This document shows positions 7,748 through 9,831 of a stretch of 9,831 bases of DNA, piece by piece (position 1 is the stretch's first letter; each line of letters opens with the position of its first letter). The stretch is taken from contig NW_021827754.1 in NCBI RefSeq assembly GCF_006345805.1, forward strand, positions 1 to 9,831, in the 5' to 3' direction. The position numbers and the translations under genes are program-made. Source of the DNA: Octopus sinensis. Its lineage: Eukaryota. The notes beneath the pieces were generated by a model, which saw only the letters and a program-made list of their open reading frames with translations, was not told where the DNA came from and made no database searches.

Positions 7748-7845
7748 GGTGAAACACTTCTGTGCGTCAATAAAAAAAAACACGACTGGAACTGCTGTAG
7801 TGACCCACAATCCATCTGTTGTAGTTTGTTATATAAAAATAACAA

Positions 7846-7858
7846 TGTATATATATAT

Positions 7859-7889
<31 letters not shown>

Positions 7890-7911
7890 TTAGATATATA
7901 TATATATATAT
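7846..7911. repeat. Interrupted (TA)n microsatellite
   Basis: Directly visible. Confidence 0.95.
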
Positions 7912-7912
7912 A

Positions 7913-8062
7913 GGGGAGATTTTACGAAAAAGACAAAAGACGAAGACAGGTGGTGTACAAAACAACAGATGTATTGGTATAACGCTCAGGAATAGAAAAA
8001 AGTCTTTTACGTTTCAACAGAAAGGGAGACAGAAAAAACAAGGAGAGAAACAAGGAGAGAAA
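7913..8062 (-). mobile_element. Interspersed repeat next to (TA)n carrying a degenerate minimal hammerhead motif; possible Penelope-like pseudo-LTR remnant
   Basis: Minus strand 8024-8004 reads CTTT-CTGTTGA/GAAAC-GTA-AAAG; 12-bp tandem duplication AAACAAGGAGAG x2 at 8036-8059; family recognised from memory only. Confidence 0.4.
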
Positions 8063-8303
8063 ATAATAATATAATAAAAATTAGGGATAAAACCACTATT
8101 ATGCAATTCAAACAATGATAGGCATAAACCAAATCATAAATAACAAATAAAATATATTTTTATAAAACATATAATTAGATAATAAAAAGTATAAAAATGA
8201 ATAATCAATATATAATAAGTAATTTATATTTTATATATTTATATTGTGAAATTCGATTTAATACTAAATTGAATTTTTCCCTGTAAATCTGGAGTTATCG
8301 ACC

Positions 8304-8330
8304 TTATTATTATTATTGTTATTGTTATTA

Positions 8331-8392
<62 letters not shown>

Positions 8393-8424
8393 ATCATTAT
8401 TATAATTAATTATTTATTATATAT

Positions 8425-8456
<32 letters not shown>
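8304..8456. repeat. (ATT)n grading into (AT)n
   Basis: Directly visible. Confidence 0.96.
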
Positions 8457-8459
<3 letters not shown>

Positions 8460-8639
8460 TTAGTGCCTGTATTTGTGCACAAACATTACATTATGCTTAC
8501 ATATAGGCTTATGAGCTTGCTACCATACATGCGTAGTGCTTGTTTAATCTTCACAGAGGATTGCCGTCTGATTTTGCTTCCTGGCTGTAAATAGCATTTC
8601 TGACTTTCCGTCCATGACTTCACAGATTGCAATTCAGCG

Positions 8640-8789
8640 CCGTTGCAAAAAAAAGTCCAATAGAATAAGTACTAGGCTTACAAAGAATAAATCCTGGGGT
8701 CGATTTGGTCGACTAAAAGGCGGTGCTCCAGCATGACCGCAGTCATATTACTGATACAAGTAATTGACCAAATGACTGAATGACTGAAA
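8640..8789 (+). mobile_element. SINE family A, 3' fragment (copy 4) with a duplicated tail motif
   Basis: ATAGAATAAGTACTAGGCTTACAAAGAATAAATCCTGGGGTCGATTTGGTCGACTAAAAGGCGGTGCTCCAGCATGACCGCAGTC is colinear with 895-955 of copy 1 and with rc of copies 2 and 3. Confidence 0.85.
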
Positions 8790-8825
8790 TTAGTTAACTC
8801 AAAGCTGGAACCTGAAAGGTGAAAC

Positions 8826-8955
8826 CGTTCCGGGTCAGAGATGAGTGGAGAAAAATAATAGCTAAGAAGGAGGCTTCACTCTTTTCAAAACCTCGAAATT
8901 CTCGAAGCCCAGTCCCGCCACATTGGATGAAGTTTTAAGTGATACCCAAGACATC
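8826..8955 (+). mobile_element. Possible old copy of another interspersed repeat
   Basis: TTCCGGGTCAGAG...GATACCCAAGACA resembles an octopus repeat I recall; no second copy in the window to confirm. Confidence 0.3.
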
Positions 8956-9014
8956 TAGTCCAACATTCTAACGTGTTGCACGCCTCCACCCCCCCACCCC
9001 ACCCAGGAGTAAAA

Positions 9015-9100
9015 GGCAACATTGATCAGAGTTGAGTTTGAACTGAGTCATCAGGTACAGGTCCAAATGCATTTCGTCTGACGCTCTAACGACTCAGCCA
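9015..9100 (-). mobile_element. SINE family B head fragment (tRNA-like)
   Basis: Minus strand has A-box-like TGGCTGAGTCGTTAG and B-box-like CAGTTCAAACTC (9045-9034); similar to 2564-2655. Confidence 0.6.
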
Positions 9101-9104
9101 TTAC

Positions 9105-9173
9105 GTGTGTCTGTGTGCGCATGCCTACACATTTATCTATCTCTGTCTCTGCTTCTCTCTCGCTCTCTGTCTG

Positions 9174-9226
<53 letters not shown>

Positions 9227-9522
9227 GTGTGTGTATGTATATGTATATATATATGTGTACAAACAAATATAATCATATATACTTGTAGATGATATATATA
9301 TATGTATGTGTATATATATATACATGCACATATATAACATATATAATAACATATATAATAAATATACATATATATATATATATGAACATATATATGCTTA
9401 TATATATATATACATATATATGCATATATATATATGTCTATATATAAGTATATATAATAAATATATATATATATATGAATGTACATATATATGTATATAC
9501 ATATATATATGAATATGTATAT

Positions 9523-9559
<37 letters not shown>

Positions 9560-9683
9560 TCTATAGATATATCTCTATAGATATATATATACACACACAT
9601 GCATAATATAGATATATATATATATTAATATATTGTATATATCTATATATATTAAATTATATGTATGCATATATATATATATA

Positions 9684-9720
<37 letters not shown>

Positions 9721-9810
9721 CATATGTATGTATACATGTATGTGTGCTTGTATGTATGTATGTATTATGTATGTATGTATGTATGTATGTATGTATGTAT
9801 GCGTGTATAT
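9105..9810. repeat. Long compound (TG)/(TC)/(TA)/(TACA)/(TGTA) microsatellite field
   Basis: Directly visible. Confidence 0.96.
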
Positions 9811-9831
9811 ATCGAACTCGTGTAAATTGAT

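Overview
Repeat-saturated, AT-rich eukaryotic DNA with no supportable host protein-coding gene; most likely intronic or intergenic DNA of an octopod cephalopod (inferred from my recognition of the tRNA-derived SINE families, not from a database search). Nearly every ORF in the supplied track is a by-product of di-, tri- or tetranucleotide repeats. Real content: four copies or fragments of one tRNA-headed SINE family and two of a second; a 5'-truncated RTE-clade LINE 3' end (109 uninterrupted codons) nested inside a SINE; a frameshifted Penelope-like element fragment (linker plus GIY-YIG endonuclease, CxCx5Cx5C motif) that the ORF track only partly shows; a near-perfect 181-bp palindrome (81/85 bp paired) and a second, degenerate fold-back element; an unclassified ~540-bp element lodged in an (ATT)n tract that splits a degenerate triplet array; a remnant of a minimal hammerhead ribozyme; and one textbook-looking 109-nt intron. 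I did not find a convincing new protein-coding system. The best leads are the two fold-back elements, the (ATT)n-embedded element, the Penelope-like remnants and the high density of potential double-stranded RNA.
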